DNA of 64,000 nt, from assembly GCA_012520515.1 (NCBI GenBank), contig JAAYOD010000032.1, positions 9,967-73,966 on the forward strand, in the 5' to 3' direction. A program made the translations under genes and the position numbers. The notes below the pieces were generated by a model. It made no database searches and had not been told where the DNA came from. It saw only the letters and a program-made list of their open reading frames with translations. This DNA comes from Clostridiales bacterium (GTDB lineage: Bacteria; Bacillota; Clostridia; Christensenellales; DTU072). The stretch's first letter is position 1; every line of letters starts with the position of its first letter. Below, one piece after another: positions 46,902-56,253 of the stretch.

Positions 46902-47416
46902 AAAGATTAAGCGTAAAAAAAGTGGCGCTTTTGGGAGTATTGACGGCGCTTAGCTTGCTTATGTTTATAGTAGAAAGCTTACTGTCTTCCCTTGTTTTGC
47001 CCGGGGCTAAGATAGGGCTTAGCAATATTTTCACCTTGCTTTCGCTATTTTTATTAGGCCCTATTGAAGCTATTATACTTGTTGTGGCAAGAACAGTATT
47101 AGGCAGTGTGATTGTCGGCAGTTTATCACAGCTTATGTTTAGTCTTACGGCAGGACTTGTAAGCGTAATTGTAGCTATTATTATCTATATCTTAGCTTTT
47201 GACAAGGTGAGCATAATTGCTTTAAGCGTGCTTAGTGCAACTATACACAACATTGTGCAAACGGCTGTGTTTTGCCTTATAACAATGTCTACAACATACT
47301 TTTCTTTACTGCTTTATCTTGTGCCGCTTGGCATAATAGCAGGTGCTTTAGTAGGGGTTGTGACGCAAATGTTAATAAAATATATACCAAAAAGTTTTGC
47401 GGAAAAGCTTTTATGA
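46898..47416 (+). CDS. Gx transporter family protein (PF07456-like, formerly annotated heptaprenyl diphosphate synthase component I)
   Basis: Start at MKRLSV (ATGA overlap) rather than the track start 46835. 5 TM segments and PGAKIGLSNI motif. Confidence 0.7.
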   Translation: MKRLSVKKVALLGVLTALSLLMFIVESLLSSLVLPGAKIGLSNIFTLLSLFLLGPIEAIILVVARTVLGSVIVGSLSQLMFSLTAGLVSVIVAIIIYILAFDKVSIIALSVLSATIHNIVQTAVFCLITMSTTYFSLLLYLVPLGIIAGALVGVVTQMLIKYIPKSFAEKLL

Positions 47417-47444
47417 AATAAAACAAACAAAATGGAGGTCTTTT

Positions 47445-48749
47445 GTGGCAATAAAAGGAAGAAAGATATTTCAGCCAGGAATTAAAATTCCCGATATGAA
47501 ATATTTGACAGAAGATAAACCGATTGAACAAATGCCAGCGCCAAAAACTGTGTATATCTCTATGTCGCAGGGTATTGGAGCGGCGGCAAAACCTATTGTG
47601 AGCGTTGGCGATAGGGTAAAAAAAGGACAAAAAACAGGTCAAGCAGACGGCGTAGTTTCTGCCAATGTCTTTGCTAGCGTAGCAGGTACTGTAACGGCAA
47701 TTAAGGATATACAAAATCCCAATAGCAAAGCGACAACTAAGTATGTGGTTATTGAAAATGATTTTTCTGAAGAAGAAGAGTTTTTGCCGCCTCTTAAAGA
47801 GATTACAAAAGAAACAATAATTGAAAGAATACGGGAAGCTGGCATAGTAGGGCTGGGCGGAGCAGGTTTTCCAACAGCTGTTAAGCTGTCTGGGCAAAAG
47901 CCTGTTGAAATGCTTATTGTAAACGGCGCGGAATGCGAACCATACCTTACTTGCGACTATCGTCTTATGATGGAAAACAGTGATGAAATAAACAAGGGAA
48001 TAAGGTATGTAGCGCAAGCGCTGGGTGTTACTGATATCAGAATAGGCATAGAAGAAAACAAGCCAAAAGCCATAGAAAAGTATAAAAAAGTTAAGGATTT
48101 TCAATTATTTTCTTTAAAGAAAAAGTATCCGCAAGGCAGTGAAAAAACGCTTATTGCTGAATGCGCAAGGCGCAAAGTGCCTTGGGGCAAGCTGCCTATT
48201 GATATTGGCGTAGTTGTCATAAATGTAGCAACGGCTTTTACTGTGTATCAAGCGGTAGAAAAAAATATTCCCCTTTATGAAAGGGTGCTTACAGTGGCAG
48301 GTAAAGGCGTTGATAATCCTAGGAATTTAAGAGTTAGGATAGGCACAAAAACGCAAGATATTATAGAGTACTGCGGCGATATTAATAAAGACGCAGTAAA
48401 AATAGTGCGTGGCGGACCTATGATGGGTAAAGCCATGCATACAGTTGACGGATATACCAAAAAAACAGACTCTGGCATAGTGGTTTTGACGGCAGAAGAG
48501 ACAAATACATCTAAGCAGTCAGCTTGCATTAATTGCGGCAGGTGCGCAAAAAAATGTCCAATGCATCTTATGTCTATGAAGTTTGACGAATATGCGTCAA
48601 TAGGAAGGTTTGATATGGCAGAACGGTTTGGCGTTATGAACTGCTTAGAGTGTGGCTGCTGCTCTTTCGTTTGCCCAGCTAAACGCTCTATTGTGCAAAG
48701 CGTGGTGTTGTGCAAACAAAAAATTGCAGCAAAGAAAGGAGGGAAATAA
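47445..48749 (+). CDS. rnfC: Rnf complex subunit C
   Basis: GTG start 6 nt after GGAGG. GLGGAGFPT NADH/FMN motif. Two 4Fe-4S motifs CINCGRCAKKCP and CLECGCCSFVCP. Confidence 0.9.
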   Translation: MAIKGRKIFQPGIKIPDMKYLTEDKPIEQMPAPKTVYISMSQGIGAAAKPIVSVGDRVKKGQKTGQADGVVSANVFASVAGTVTAIKDIQNPNSKATTKYVVIENDFSEEEEFLPPLKEITKETIIERIREAGIVGLGGAGFPTAVKLSGQKPVEMLIVNGAECEPYLTCDYRLMMENSDEINKGIRYVAQALGVTDIRIGIEENKPKAIEKYKKVKDFQLFSLKKKYPQGSEKTLIAECARRKVPWGKLPIDIGVVVINVATAFTVYQAVEKNIPLYERVLTVAGKGVDNPRNLRVRIGTKTQDIIEYCGDINKDAVKIVRGGPMMGKAMHTVDGYTKKTDSGIVVLTAEETNTSKQSACINCGRCAKKCPMHLMSMKFDEYASIGRFDMAERFGVMNCLECGCCSFVCPAKRSIVQSVVLCKQKIAAKKGGK

Positions 48750-48753
48750 GCAT

Positions 48754-49764
48754 ATGGCAAAGATAATTGTCAGCGATTCGCCCCACATTAAAGGACCGCG
48801 CACTACAAAAGGCATTATGATAGATGTCATTATTGCGCTCATTCCTGCTTTTGTTATGGGGTGTGTCTTTTTTGGGGTTAAGGCGCTATTTGTAGTAGCC
48901 CTTGCTTGTGTGACAAGTGTTTTAACAGAGTTCGTATTTTTGCTTATTCAAAAAAAGAAAATTTCAGATATACTTAAAGAGTTTGACTTTACATCGCTAG
49001 TTACAGGAATGTTGCTTGGACTTACGCTATCTTCAGAAGTTCCTTTTTATGTGCCTATTTTAGGCTCTATATTTGCAATAGCTGTTATAAAAATGTTATT
49101 TGGCGGAACGGGCAAAAATATTGTAAACCCCGCAATTGCAGGCAGAATATTTGTGTTTATAGCTTTTCAAAGCGTTATGATAAGCGGTTATGTTTTGCCT
49201 AGCATTAATGCAATAACATCTAGCAATCAAATTTTAGGCGGGGCAACACCGCTTACAAGCATGCTAAACGGCGGACCTAACTTAAGCAATTTAGATTTGT
49301 TTTTAGGCACAGGCGTAGCAGGTTGTATTGGAGAAACTTCAAAAGCCGCGTTGCTTCTTGGCGCAATCTATTTGGTAATAAAAAGAGTAATAAATTGGAA
49401 ATGGCCCATTCTTTACATAGTGACAACGGGCATAATGGCAGTTATTTTAGATAAATTTAACTTATCGGCATTTTTGCCGTCCATACTATCTGGCGGATTA
49501 TTCTTAGGCGCAATTTATATGGCTACTGACTATGTTACAACGCCATCTACTGATAAGGGTTGCTACATTTATTTTACAGCGCTTGGCATTTTAACGGCGG
49601 TACTTCGCTATGCCACCAAAATAGAAGTTGTGAGCTTTGCAATTTTGCTTATGAACCTTGTTATGCCCCTGCTTAACTTTAGGCCAAGGGCTTTTGGAGA
49701 GATTTCTTCATGGCAAAAATTTAAGCAAAAACTTAGCCATTGGCAATCAAGGAGGGCAAAATGA
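48754..49764 (+). CDS. rnfD: Rnf complex subunit D
   Basis: Start at MAKIIVSDSPHI after GGAGGG. Polytopic membrane protein with flavinylation motif GGATPLT. Confidence 0.9.
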   Translation: MAKIIVSDSPHIKGPRTTKGIMIDVIIALIPAFVMGCVFFGVKALFVVALACVTSVLTEFVFLLIQKKKISDILKEFDFTSLVTGMLLGLTLSSEVPFYVPILGSIFAIAVIKMLFGGTGKNIVNPAIAGRIFVFIAFQSVMISGYVLPSINAITSSNQILGGATPLTSMLNGGPNLSNLDLFLGTGVAGCIGETSKAALLLGAIYLVIKRVINWKWPILYIVTTGIMAVILDKFNLSAFLPSILSGGLFLGAIYMATDYVTTPSTDKGCYIYFTALGILTAVLRYATKIEVVSFAILLMNLVMPLLNFRPRAFGEISSWQKFKQKLSHWQSRRAK

Positions 49765-50357
49765 CATTTAAGGAGTTTTTAAAAAGCAAAACTTTCAAGT
49801 GCATTATAGTGCTTACCACTATTGCTCTAGTGTGTGGGGGACTGCTTGCTATACTTAATGATGTACTTTATATAAGCGAAGAAGAAAAAACGCAAAAAGC
49901 TATTAAAAAGATTTATGGAAAGGATATGGAGTATACCGTTGTGCAAATAGATGAACAAGATAAAACAAATAAATATGGCCAAATTGAAGCAATATATGCA
50001 TTTAAAGACGGCAATTATCTTATTCAGGCAACTGGCATTGACGGCTACCAAAGCGGTACAATAACAGCTTGGGTGGTGGCGGAGTTTAAAGACGGTAAAT
50101 TTAATGGTCTTAATTCTGTCAGCGAAGCTTCCAATGAAAAACAAACGCTTATGTCTAAGTTTAATAAAGATTTTGTAAATGTATATGTCAATAAAGACCG
50201 TGAAGGCGTTATTAATGGCAAGTACTTTAATCTTTATGACAGCGATAAAGAAATAGGCAATATATCTTCTGGCGCGACAAAATCAACAAACGCTTATAAT
50301 AATGCGGTAAATTGCGCCCTTTATTACATTCGTGAAAAGCTAGATGGAGGTAAGTAA
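49761..50357 (+). CDS. rnfG: Rnf complex subunit G (FMN-binding)
   Basis: Start at MTFKEF (ATGA overlap with rnfD). N-terminal TM and FMN-binding domain with SGATKST flavinylation site. Confidence 0.88.
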   Translation: MTFKEFLKSKTFKCIIVLTTIALVCGGLLAILNDVLYISEEEKTQKAIKKIYGKDMEYTVVQIDEQDKTNKYGQIEAIYAFKDGNYLIQATGIDGYQSGTITAWVVAEFKDGKFNGLNSVSEASNEKQTLMSKFNKDFVNVYVNKDREGVINGKYFNLYDSDKEIGNISSGATKSTNAYNNAVNCALYYIREKLDGGK

Positions 50358-51014
50358 ATGAACTGGAGTAAATATAAAAATATAGCCACAAACGGAGTAT
50401 TAAAAAACAATCCTATCTTTCGTTTAGTTTTGGGAACTTGCCCCACTCTTGCTCTTACTGGCTCTGCGCTAAACGCTTTTGGCATGGGACTTGCGGTTAC
50501 ATTTATTTTGACGCTAAGCAATACTTTTATTTCGCTGCTTAGAAAAGTAATACCTGATGAAGTGCGCATTCCTGCTTATGTTTTGATTATTGCGACACTA
50601 GTTACCATAATAAGAATGCTGCTTGAAAAATACATACCTGTACTGTTTGAATCTTTCGGTGTGTATCTGCCGCTTATCGTGGTCAACTGCATAATACTTG
50701 GCAGAGCAGAAGGATTTGCAAATAAAAATCCCATATTTGATTCGGCGCTGGACGGGTTTTTTACTGGAATAGGCTGTACGCTTGCTATGGGATTAATGGG
50801 TATAGTGCGTGAATTCTTGGGCGCAGGTAGTTTTTTTGGAATGCAACTAATGGACTTTAGGATAGAATTTTTCACATCGGCGGCAGGCGCGTTCTTTGTA
50901 TATGGAATGTTTATTGCTATATTTAACGCGGCATATAAAGCCATTGAGAACAAAATTAACAAAAAGAATTTTGCTTTGCACCTTGAAGAATTATCTATAA
51001 AGGAGAACAATTAA
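50358..51014 (+). CDS. rnfE: Rnf complex subunit E
   Basis: 218 aa. NNPIFRLVLGTCPTLA motif typical of RnfE. Confidence 0.9.
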   Translation: MNWSKYKNIATNGVLKNNPIFRLVLGTCPTLALTGSALNAFGMGLAVTFILTLSNTFISLLRKVIPDEVRIPAYVLIIATLVTIIRMLLEKYIPVLFESFGVYLPLIVVNCIILGRAEGFANKNPIFDSALDGFFTGIGCTLAMGLMGIVREFLGAGSFFGMQLMDFRIEFFTSAAGAFFVYGMFIAIFNAAYKAIENKINKKNFALHLEELSIKENN

Positions 51015-51015
51015 T

Positions 51016-51621
51016 ATGGGTACTTTCTTAATGATAATAATAATGGCGGTTTTTGCAAATAACTTTATTTTGGTGCAGTTTTTAGGAATATGCCCATTTT
51101 TAGGATTGTCAAAAAGCCGTGCTAATGCTTTTGGAATGGGTGTTGCGGTAACTCTTATTATGACAATAACTTGTCTGATAACATATCCAATTTATATGTA
51201 TATACTAGTACCGTTAAAACTTGAGTACTTAGAAATTATTGTGTTTATTTTTGTCATTGCTGCATTGGTGCAAATGATAGAAAACATTATTAAAAGATTT
51301 TCTCCAGCCCTTTATAAAGGCATGGGCATATATTTGCCTCTAATTACCACAAACTGCGCTGTACTTGGAGTTGCTGAGCTTGTAATAGATAGTGCCGCTA
51401 TGGCAAATCTTATCGGAGTGCCCCAAATGAGTTTAGGGTATTCTGTGCTATATGGTTTCTTTGGCGGAGTTGGCTTTACTGTAGCTATAATACTGCTTAG
51501 CGGGCTTAGGGAGAAAACAGATTATTTAGATATTCCAAAATCATTAAAAGGCTTCCCTATAACAATGGTTGCCGCTTGTATTATGGCAATGGGATTTTAT
51601 GTGTTTAACTTTATAGGGTAG
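51016..51621 (+). CDS. rnfA: Rnf complex subunit A
   Basis: 201 aa. NNFILVQFLGICPFLG motif typical of RnfA. Confidence 0.9.
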   Translation: MGTFLMIIIMAVFANNFILVQFLGICPFLGLSKSRANAFGMGVAVTLIMTITCLITYPIYMYILVPLKLEYLEIIVFIFVIAALVQMIENIIKRFSPALYKGMGIYLPLITTNCAVLGVAELVIDSAAMANLIGVPQMSLGYSVLYGFFGGVGFTVAIILLSGLREKTDYLDIPKSLKGFPITMVAACIMAMGFYVFNFIG

Positions 51622-51629
51622 GAGGATAA

Positions 51630-52445
51630 ATGTATAGTTTATTAGGCGCCACAATAAAATGGCTAAGCGTACTTACAGTGCTTGGAATTATAGCAGCTTT
51701 AGCAATAGTTTTTAGCGTGCTTATCCTTATAGTAAGTAAAGTATGCAAAATAAAAGAAGATGAAAAGGTGTTAAGAATTTTAGAGCATCTGGCAGGCTCT
51801 AATTGCGGCGGTTGCGGAAAAAGCGGTTGCGCGGCTTTTGCTAAGGCGTTAGTTAGCGGAGAAGCTGACTTAAACGATTGTCATGTTACTGATGCTGAAG
51901 CCAAAAAATTGATATCGGCAATTAACGGAAAGCAGTACATAGAAACAGAGCCAACAACGGCAGTCGTTAGATGTAACGGAGGAAAATATTGTTTTGACAG
52001 ATACCGTTATTTAGGCAATCCAGGCTGTGAAAACCAAATGTATCTTTTAGGCGGGCAAAAAACCTGTCCAACAGGGTGTCTAGGCGGCGGCAGCTGTATA
52101 CAGGTATGCCCTGAAGGCGCGATAACAATAGAGGACGATGTGGCAGTTATTGATAGACCTTTGTGCGTTTCTTGCGGAGCTTGCATTAATAAGTGTCCAA
52201 AAAATTGTATAGAGAGGATACCGTTAAGAGCGCCAGTTTACATAGCTTGCACTACTCATTGCAAAGGAAAAGATGTAACAACAGCTTGCCAAAAAGGCTG
52301 TATAGCGTGCGGAATTTGTGTAAAGAAGTGCGAATATGGCGCAATAACTATGGTAGACAACTTGCCCGTTATTGACTATAATAAATGTACAGGGTGCAAA
52401 GTTTGCGTAGAAAGATGTCCGCGAAAATGCATTCATATACTATGA
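51630..52445 (+). CDS. rnfB: Rnf complex subunit B (polyferredoxin)
   Basis: 271 aa. N-terminal TM, CGGCGKSGCAAFA motif, and four CxxCxxCxxxCP-type clusters. Confidence 0.9.
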   Translation: MYSLLGATIKWLSVLTVLGIIAALAIVFSVLILIVSKVCKIKEDEKVLRILEHLAGSNCGGCGKSGCAAFAKALVSGEADLNDCHVTDAEAKKLISAINGKQYIETEPTTAVVRCNGGKYCFDRYRYLGNPGCENQMYLLGGQKTCPTGCLGGGSCIQVCPEGAITIEDDVAVIDRPLCVSCGACINKCPKNCIERIPLRAPVYIACTTHCKGKDVTTACQKGCIACGICVKKCEYGAITMVDNLPVIDYNKCTGCKVCVERCPRKCIHIL

Positions 52446-52451
52446 CAGGTG

Positions 52452-52476
52452 AAAACGGGGCTTGCCCCGTTTTTTG
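52452..52476 (+). terminator. rho-independent terminator after rnfB
   Basis: Stem ACGGGG / CCCCGT, loop CTTG, followed by TTTTT. Confidence 0.85.
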
Positions 52477-52489
52477 TGTAACTTATAGC

Positions 52490-52519
52490 TTGAAAATAGT
52501 GTGATAGTTGGTATATAAT
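52490..52519 (+). promoter_or_regulatory. sigma-A promoter candidate for the GDPD gene
   Basis: TTGAAA (52490-52495), 18 nt, TATAAT (52514-52519). Confidence 0.5.
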
Positions 52520-52525
52520 TGGCTT

Positions 52526-53383
52526 ATGATAAAAAATAAAAAATACAATACCATAATAAAAATAATTGTCGTTATATTGTTTATTATACTGCTTTGCTGG
52601 TATGGCATGGCGGCATATATTCATGTTAATAGCCAAATATCTTATGGTTATAAACCAGGAATGCCTCCAAGATATGTAGCGCACAGGGGCTTGAGCGGAG
52701 AGTATTTTGAAAACAGTTATGACGCTTTTTTTTATGCGGAAAAATCTTCATTTTTTGGCGGGATAGAATGTGATATTTGGAAGACGCTTGATGATGTGTG
52801 GGTGTGCTGTCATGACGATACGCCCTTTGTAGATAAAACAATTAAGGTTACAGAGAGCAAGTATGACGATATCAAAAACTTGCCGCTAGACACGAGCTCT
52901 AAAGGTGAAAATGTGGTTATAGAAAAAGAGCTATATATCACCACTTATGAGCAATTTCTTAGCATTATGCGATATTCAACAAAGCAAGCCTTTGTGGAGA
53001 TAAAAAAAGAATATGAAAAAAGCGATATAGAAAAGCTAGTAGACTACACCAGGTCTAGAAGCAATATGTCCAAAATAGTATTTATTAGCTTTCATATAAA
53101 AGTTATGGAAATGGTGCAATCTTATAGGCCGACAGCGTCAGTTATGCCGTTGTCTAATAATATCTTTGTCACCTATTTTCTTGCAAAAATGGGATATAAC
53201 ATGGGAATTTCCAAAAAAATAATAGATAAAAAACCTAGTATGATAGAACTTGTGCATAGCAGTAAAAGTTTTGTATATGTTTATACAGTAAATAACCTAG
53301 AAGAAGCAAATAAGTATATTGATATGGGGGTAGACTATATCGCCACCGATTATATATTAACAAAACAGGGGGGTAAAAACTAA
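52526..53383 (+). CDS. membrane-anchored glycerophosphodiester phosphodiesterase family protein
   Basis: Start at MIKNKKY. N-terminal TM helix. GDPD motifs HRGLSGEYFENS and ECDIW. Confidence 0.8.
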   Translation: MIKNKKYNTIIKIIVVILFIILLCWYGMAAYIHVNSQISYGYKPGMPPRYVAHRGLSGEYFENSYDAFFYAEKSSFFGGIECDIWKTLDDVWVCCHDDTPFVDKTIKVTESKYDDIKNLPLDTSSKGENVVIEKELYITTYEQFLSIMRYSTKQAFVEIKKEYEKSDIEKLVDYTRSRSNMSKIVFISFHIKVMEMVQSYRPTASVMPLSNNIFVTYFLAKMGYNMGISKKIIDKKPSMIELVHSSKSFVYVYTVNNLEEANKYIDMGVDYIATDYILTKQGGKN

Positions 53384-54294
53384 TGTGCTTGAGCAGATTT
53401 TTTGTAAGCGCTTTTAATGTTATTAACGGCAAACTAGACACCAGAAGGTTGGCAAAGAAAAAGCCATTTGAAAAGGTGGAAAAGGTACTTAATATACCAT
53501 ATTTAGATAGCGGTAACAAATATCATTTATTAGATATTTATTATCCTGAAGGAAACACTGAAAAACTGCCTGTTATTATTGACATTCATGGCGGAGCGTG
53601 GATGTATGGCACAAAGGACATAAATGCCCACTATTGTCAAGGCTTAGCAACTTATGGGTTTATTGTGGTAAATATTAGTTATAGGATTATTAAAGAAGGC
53701 GAAGGCGGTACTTTTCCTAACATTATTCTAGATGTATTAAACGCTTTTAACTGGGTAGAAAAAAATATAGAAAGCTATAATGGCGACTTAAACAATGTGT
53801 TTTTAACGGGCGACAGCGCAGGCGCACACCTTGCCAGCCTTGCCCAAAGCATATTGCTAGAGCCAAAACTAAAGCAAGAGCTAAATGTGTCTACAAGTAT
53901 TAAGTTTAATGCGCTTGCGCTAACTTGCGGTGTCTTTAACCTAGAAGGTTTTGCTAAGAGCAGGTTTCCGCTATTTAGATATATGTTCAAACAGTTTTTT
54001 GGCAAAGACTATAAGGACAGTCCTTACCTAAAGCTTGGTACAATAAAAAATAACAAGCTAGAAGAGTTTCCGCCCATCTTCCTTAACACTTGCTATGGGG
54101 ATTTTATGAAAAAACAAGTGTTTGAATTTTATGAAGAGTGCAAAAAAAGAAATGTAGTTGTAGAACTTAACACCATTGACAAAAAACGAGTAAATAATAT
54201 CATTCATGTATACAGCGTATTGTTTCCAGAGTATGAGGAGAGTATAGAAACCACTGACGCTTTAATTGCCTTTTTCAAAAAGCACATTGTCTAA
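53383..54294 (+). CDS. alpha/beta hydrolase (esterase/lipase, HGG family)
   Basis: 303 aa. Oxyanion HGGAW and nucleophile elbow GDSAG. The start overlaps the upstream stop by 1 nt. Confidence 0.85.
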   Translation: MCLSRFFVSAFNVINGKLDTRRLAKKKPFEKVEKVLNIPYLDSGNKYHLLDIYYPEGNTEKLPVIIDIHGGAWMYGTKDINAHYCQGLATYGFIVVNISYRIIKEGEGGTFPNIILDVLNAFNWVEKNIESYNGDLNNVFLTGDSAGAHLASLAQSILLEPKLKQELNVSTSIKFNALALTCGVFNLEGFAKSRFPLFRYMFKQFFGKDYKDSPYLKLGTIKNNKLEEFPPIFLNTCYGDFMKKQVFEFYEECKKRNVVVELNTIDKKRVNNIIHVYSVLFPEYEESIETTDALIAFFKKHIV

Positions 54295-54349
54295 TTGGTT
54301 TGACAAAAGGCGTGTTTATCAATATAATATGGACAAAGTGAGGATAGAG

Positions 54350-55162
54350 ATGAAAAGACTTTTATTGGTATGTTTGTTGCTTATAGCTAGCGTAATTATG
54401 GTGTCCTGCGGGGGCAATGTCACCACCCCTACTGCCGCTTGGGCTGGGATTGAAGTGCTTAACTATGCCGTTGAGGACTCAAACGGACAAAACCTTGGCA
54501 CAATGACAACCACAATGCGCCGCAAATCTACTGAAGGCTTTTCTTATGTCCTAGAAGATAAAGAATATGCTACAGCCGATTGCCGTATGACAATGGAGCT
54601 TGACACTCTAGAGTATCAAATAACTACCACAATTTTAGCAAAAGGCATGAATACGCTTGCTGCAAAAAAGGTCTTTGTCGATAAGAAAGACAATGCAAAT
54701 AATTATACTATGGTAGGTTATCAAGACGGCAAAAGGTTTGTTTACACCATTGATGGCAAATCGCAAAAAAAGCTGAATGTAGGAAATGCCAATTATTGCT
54801 TAAATGAGTTTTTATATATGTATATCCGTTGCTATGGCATAGATAGCGTGCCTGGTCAAATTAACATACCCGACATTCAAAACGGCACTGTAATAAAGGT
54901 TGTGGCGTCTGCTAAGACCAAGGCAAAAAACTTTGAGGCCGTTCCTTACCCAGATGAAGCAAAAACTGTGCTTTGCAATAAGGTCGATATAAGTTTGAAA
55001 GATTCTCCCGTTGGCAAGGCAATAACGGTATACTATACCCCAGACCAAGATGTGTACAATATAGATAGTTTTGCATCTACCGCTACAACAACCAAGAAAA
55101 TACCTGTGCAAATCATAGAAAACAATATAACATACAAGCTAACTGATATATTTGTAGCTTAA
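54350..55162 (+). CDS. lipoprotein of unknown function
   Basis: Start at MKRLLLVCLLL. Lipobox MVSCGG. No recognisable catalytic motifs. Confidence 0.6.
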   Translation: MKRLLLVCLLLIASVIMVSCGGNVTTPTAAWAGIEVLNYAVEDSNGQNLGTMTTTMRRKSTEGFSYVLEDKEYATADCRMTMELDTLEYQITTTILAKGMNTLAAKKVFVDKKDNANNYTMVGYQDGKRFVYTIDGKSQKKLNVGNANYCLNEFLYMYIRCYGIDSVPGQINIPDIQNGTVIKVVASAKTKAKNFEAVPYPDEAKTVLCNKVDISLKDSPVGKAITVYYTPDQDVYNIDSFASTATTTKKIPVQIIENNITYKLTDIFVA

Positions 55163-55190
55163 AAACTAAATTAAAGGTTAAATACTAAAG

Positions 55191-55224
55191 AAGCGCTGTA
55201 CTAAAAGTGTTTAGCATAGCGCTT
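55191..55224 (+). terminator. probable terminator hairpin
   Basis: AAGCGCT...AGCGCTT outer stem with partially paired interior. Weak T-run. Confidence 0.45.
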
Positions 55225-55232
55225 GTTATATA

Positions 55233-55261
55233 TTGCTAATAAATGGTAATTATTGTATAAT
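55233..55261 (+). promoter_or_regulatory. sigma-A promoter candidate for cysK
   Basis: TTGCTA (55233-55238), 17 nt, TATAAT (55256-55261). Confidence 0.55.
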
Positions 55262-55297
55262 TAATATAATTTAATAAAAATATTTTAGGGAGATACT

Positions 55298-56224
55298 ATG
55301 ACAAAAATTGCACAATCAATATCCCAGCTTGTAGGCAATACGCCTTTATTAAAACTAAACAATTTTTGCGCTAAAAGAGAGCTTTATGGCAACATTTTAG
55401 CCAAGCTTGAATACTACAATCCAGCATCGTCAGTTAAAGACAGGATAGCTTTAGGACTTATAAACGACGCTGAGGAAAAAGGTCTTATAAAAGAAGGCGC
55501 GACTATTATTGAGCCAACCAGCGGAAATACTGGCATAGGTCTTGCGTGGGTGTGTGCTATAAAAAATTATCGCCTTATCCTTACAATGCCAGAAACTATG
55601 AGCATAGAGAGAATAAAGCTAGTAAAGCAGTATGGCGCAGAAGTTATCTTAACGCAGGGCGCTTTGGGTATGCAAGGCGCGGTAGATAAGGCTTTGGAAC
55701 TTAAAGATAGTATAGCTAACTCTTTTATCCCCCAGCAGTTTGAAAACAAGGTAAGCATTAAAGTTCATAGGCAGACTACAGCAAAAGAAATACTTGAATG
55801 CACAGATAATAATGTATCATTTTTTGTGGCAGGGGTAGGCACTGGCGGCACTCTAACGGGCGTTGGGCAAGTGCTAAAAGAAGAACTTAGCGACATTAAG
55901 GTAGTTGCGGTAGAGCCCTTTGATAGTCCCCTTCTTAGCAAAGGCTATGCAAAAGGTCATGGCATTATGGGAATTGGCGCAAATTTTGTTCCTAAAATCT
56001 TAGATGTTACGATAATAAATGAGATTGTGACAGTTACGCTAGATGATGCTATAAACACAGCAAAGGCGCTAGCTACTGAAGAAGGCATACTTGTTGGAAT
56101 AAGCTCAGGCGCTGCCTGCTATGCAGCGCAGCAAATCGCTAAAAGACCAGAAACAAAAGGTAAAAATATAGTGGTAATATTGCCAGACACTGGAGAAAGA
56201 TATATCTCCACCAAGCTTTTTTAG
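55298..56224 (+). CDS. cysK: cysteine synthase A (O-acetylserine sulfhydrylase)
   Basis: 308 aa. PLP lysine motif SVKDRIA, TSGNTGIGLA, GVGTGGTLTG. Confidence 0.92.
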   Translation: MTKIAQSISQLVGNTPLLKLNNFCAKRELYGNILAKLEYYNPASSVKDRIALGLINDAEEKGLIKEGATIIEPTSGNTGIGLAWVCAIKNYRLILTMPETMSIERIKLVKQYGAEVILTQGALGMQGAVDKALELKDSIANSFIPQQFENKVSIKVHRQTTAKEILECTDNNVSFFVAGVGTGGTLTGVGQVLKEELSDIKVVAVEPFDSPLLSKGYAKGHGIMGIGANFVPKILDVTIINEIVTVTLDDAINTAKALATEEGILVGISSGAACYAAQQIAKRPETKGKNIVVILPDTGERYISTKLF

Positions 56225-56253
56225 AAAAATACTAATTTGTAGGAGAATTAAAT

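Noticed and set aside
47289-48104. 271-aa ORF on the minus strand, the longest unexplained ORF in the track
   Set aside because: It lies entirely antisense to the 3' end of the Gx gene and to rnfC, both of which have strong family motifs. Its translation is low-complexity (F/Y/C/R-rich) with no recognisable domain and no SD. This is typical of a stop-poor antisense frame.
3747-54349. Upstream-extended starts in the ORF track (3747, 21039, 27051, 45118, 46835, 47397, 48652, 49740, 52508, 54266)
   Set aside because: In each case an internal ATG or GTG has a properly spaced SD, or an ATGA/TAATG coupling to the upstream gene, and gives the family-typical N-terminus or signal peptide. The extensions overlap upstream genes or RBS sequences.
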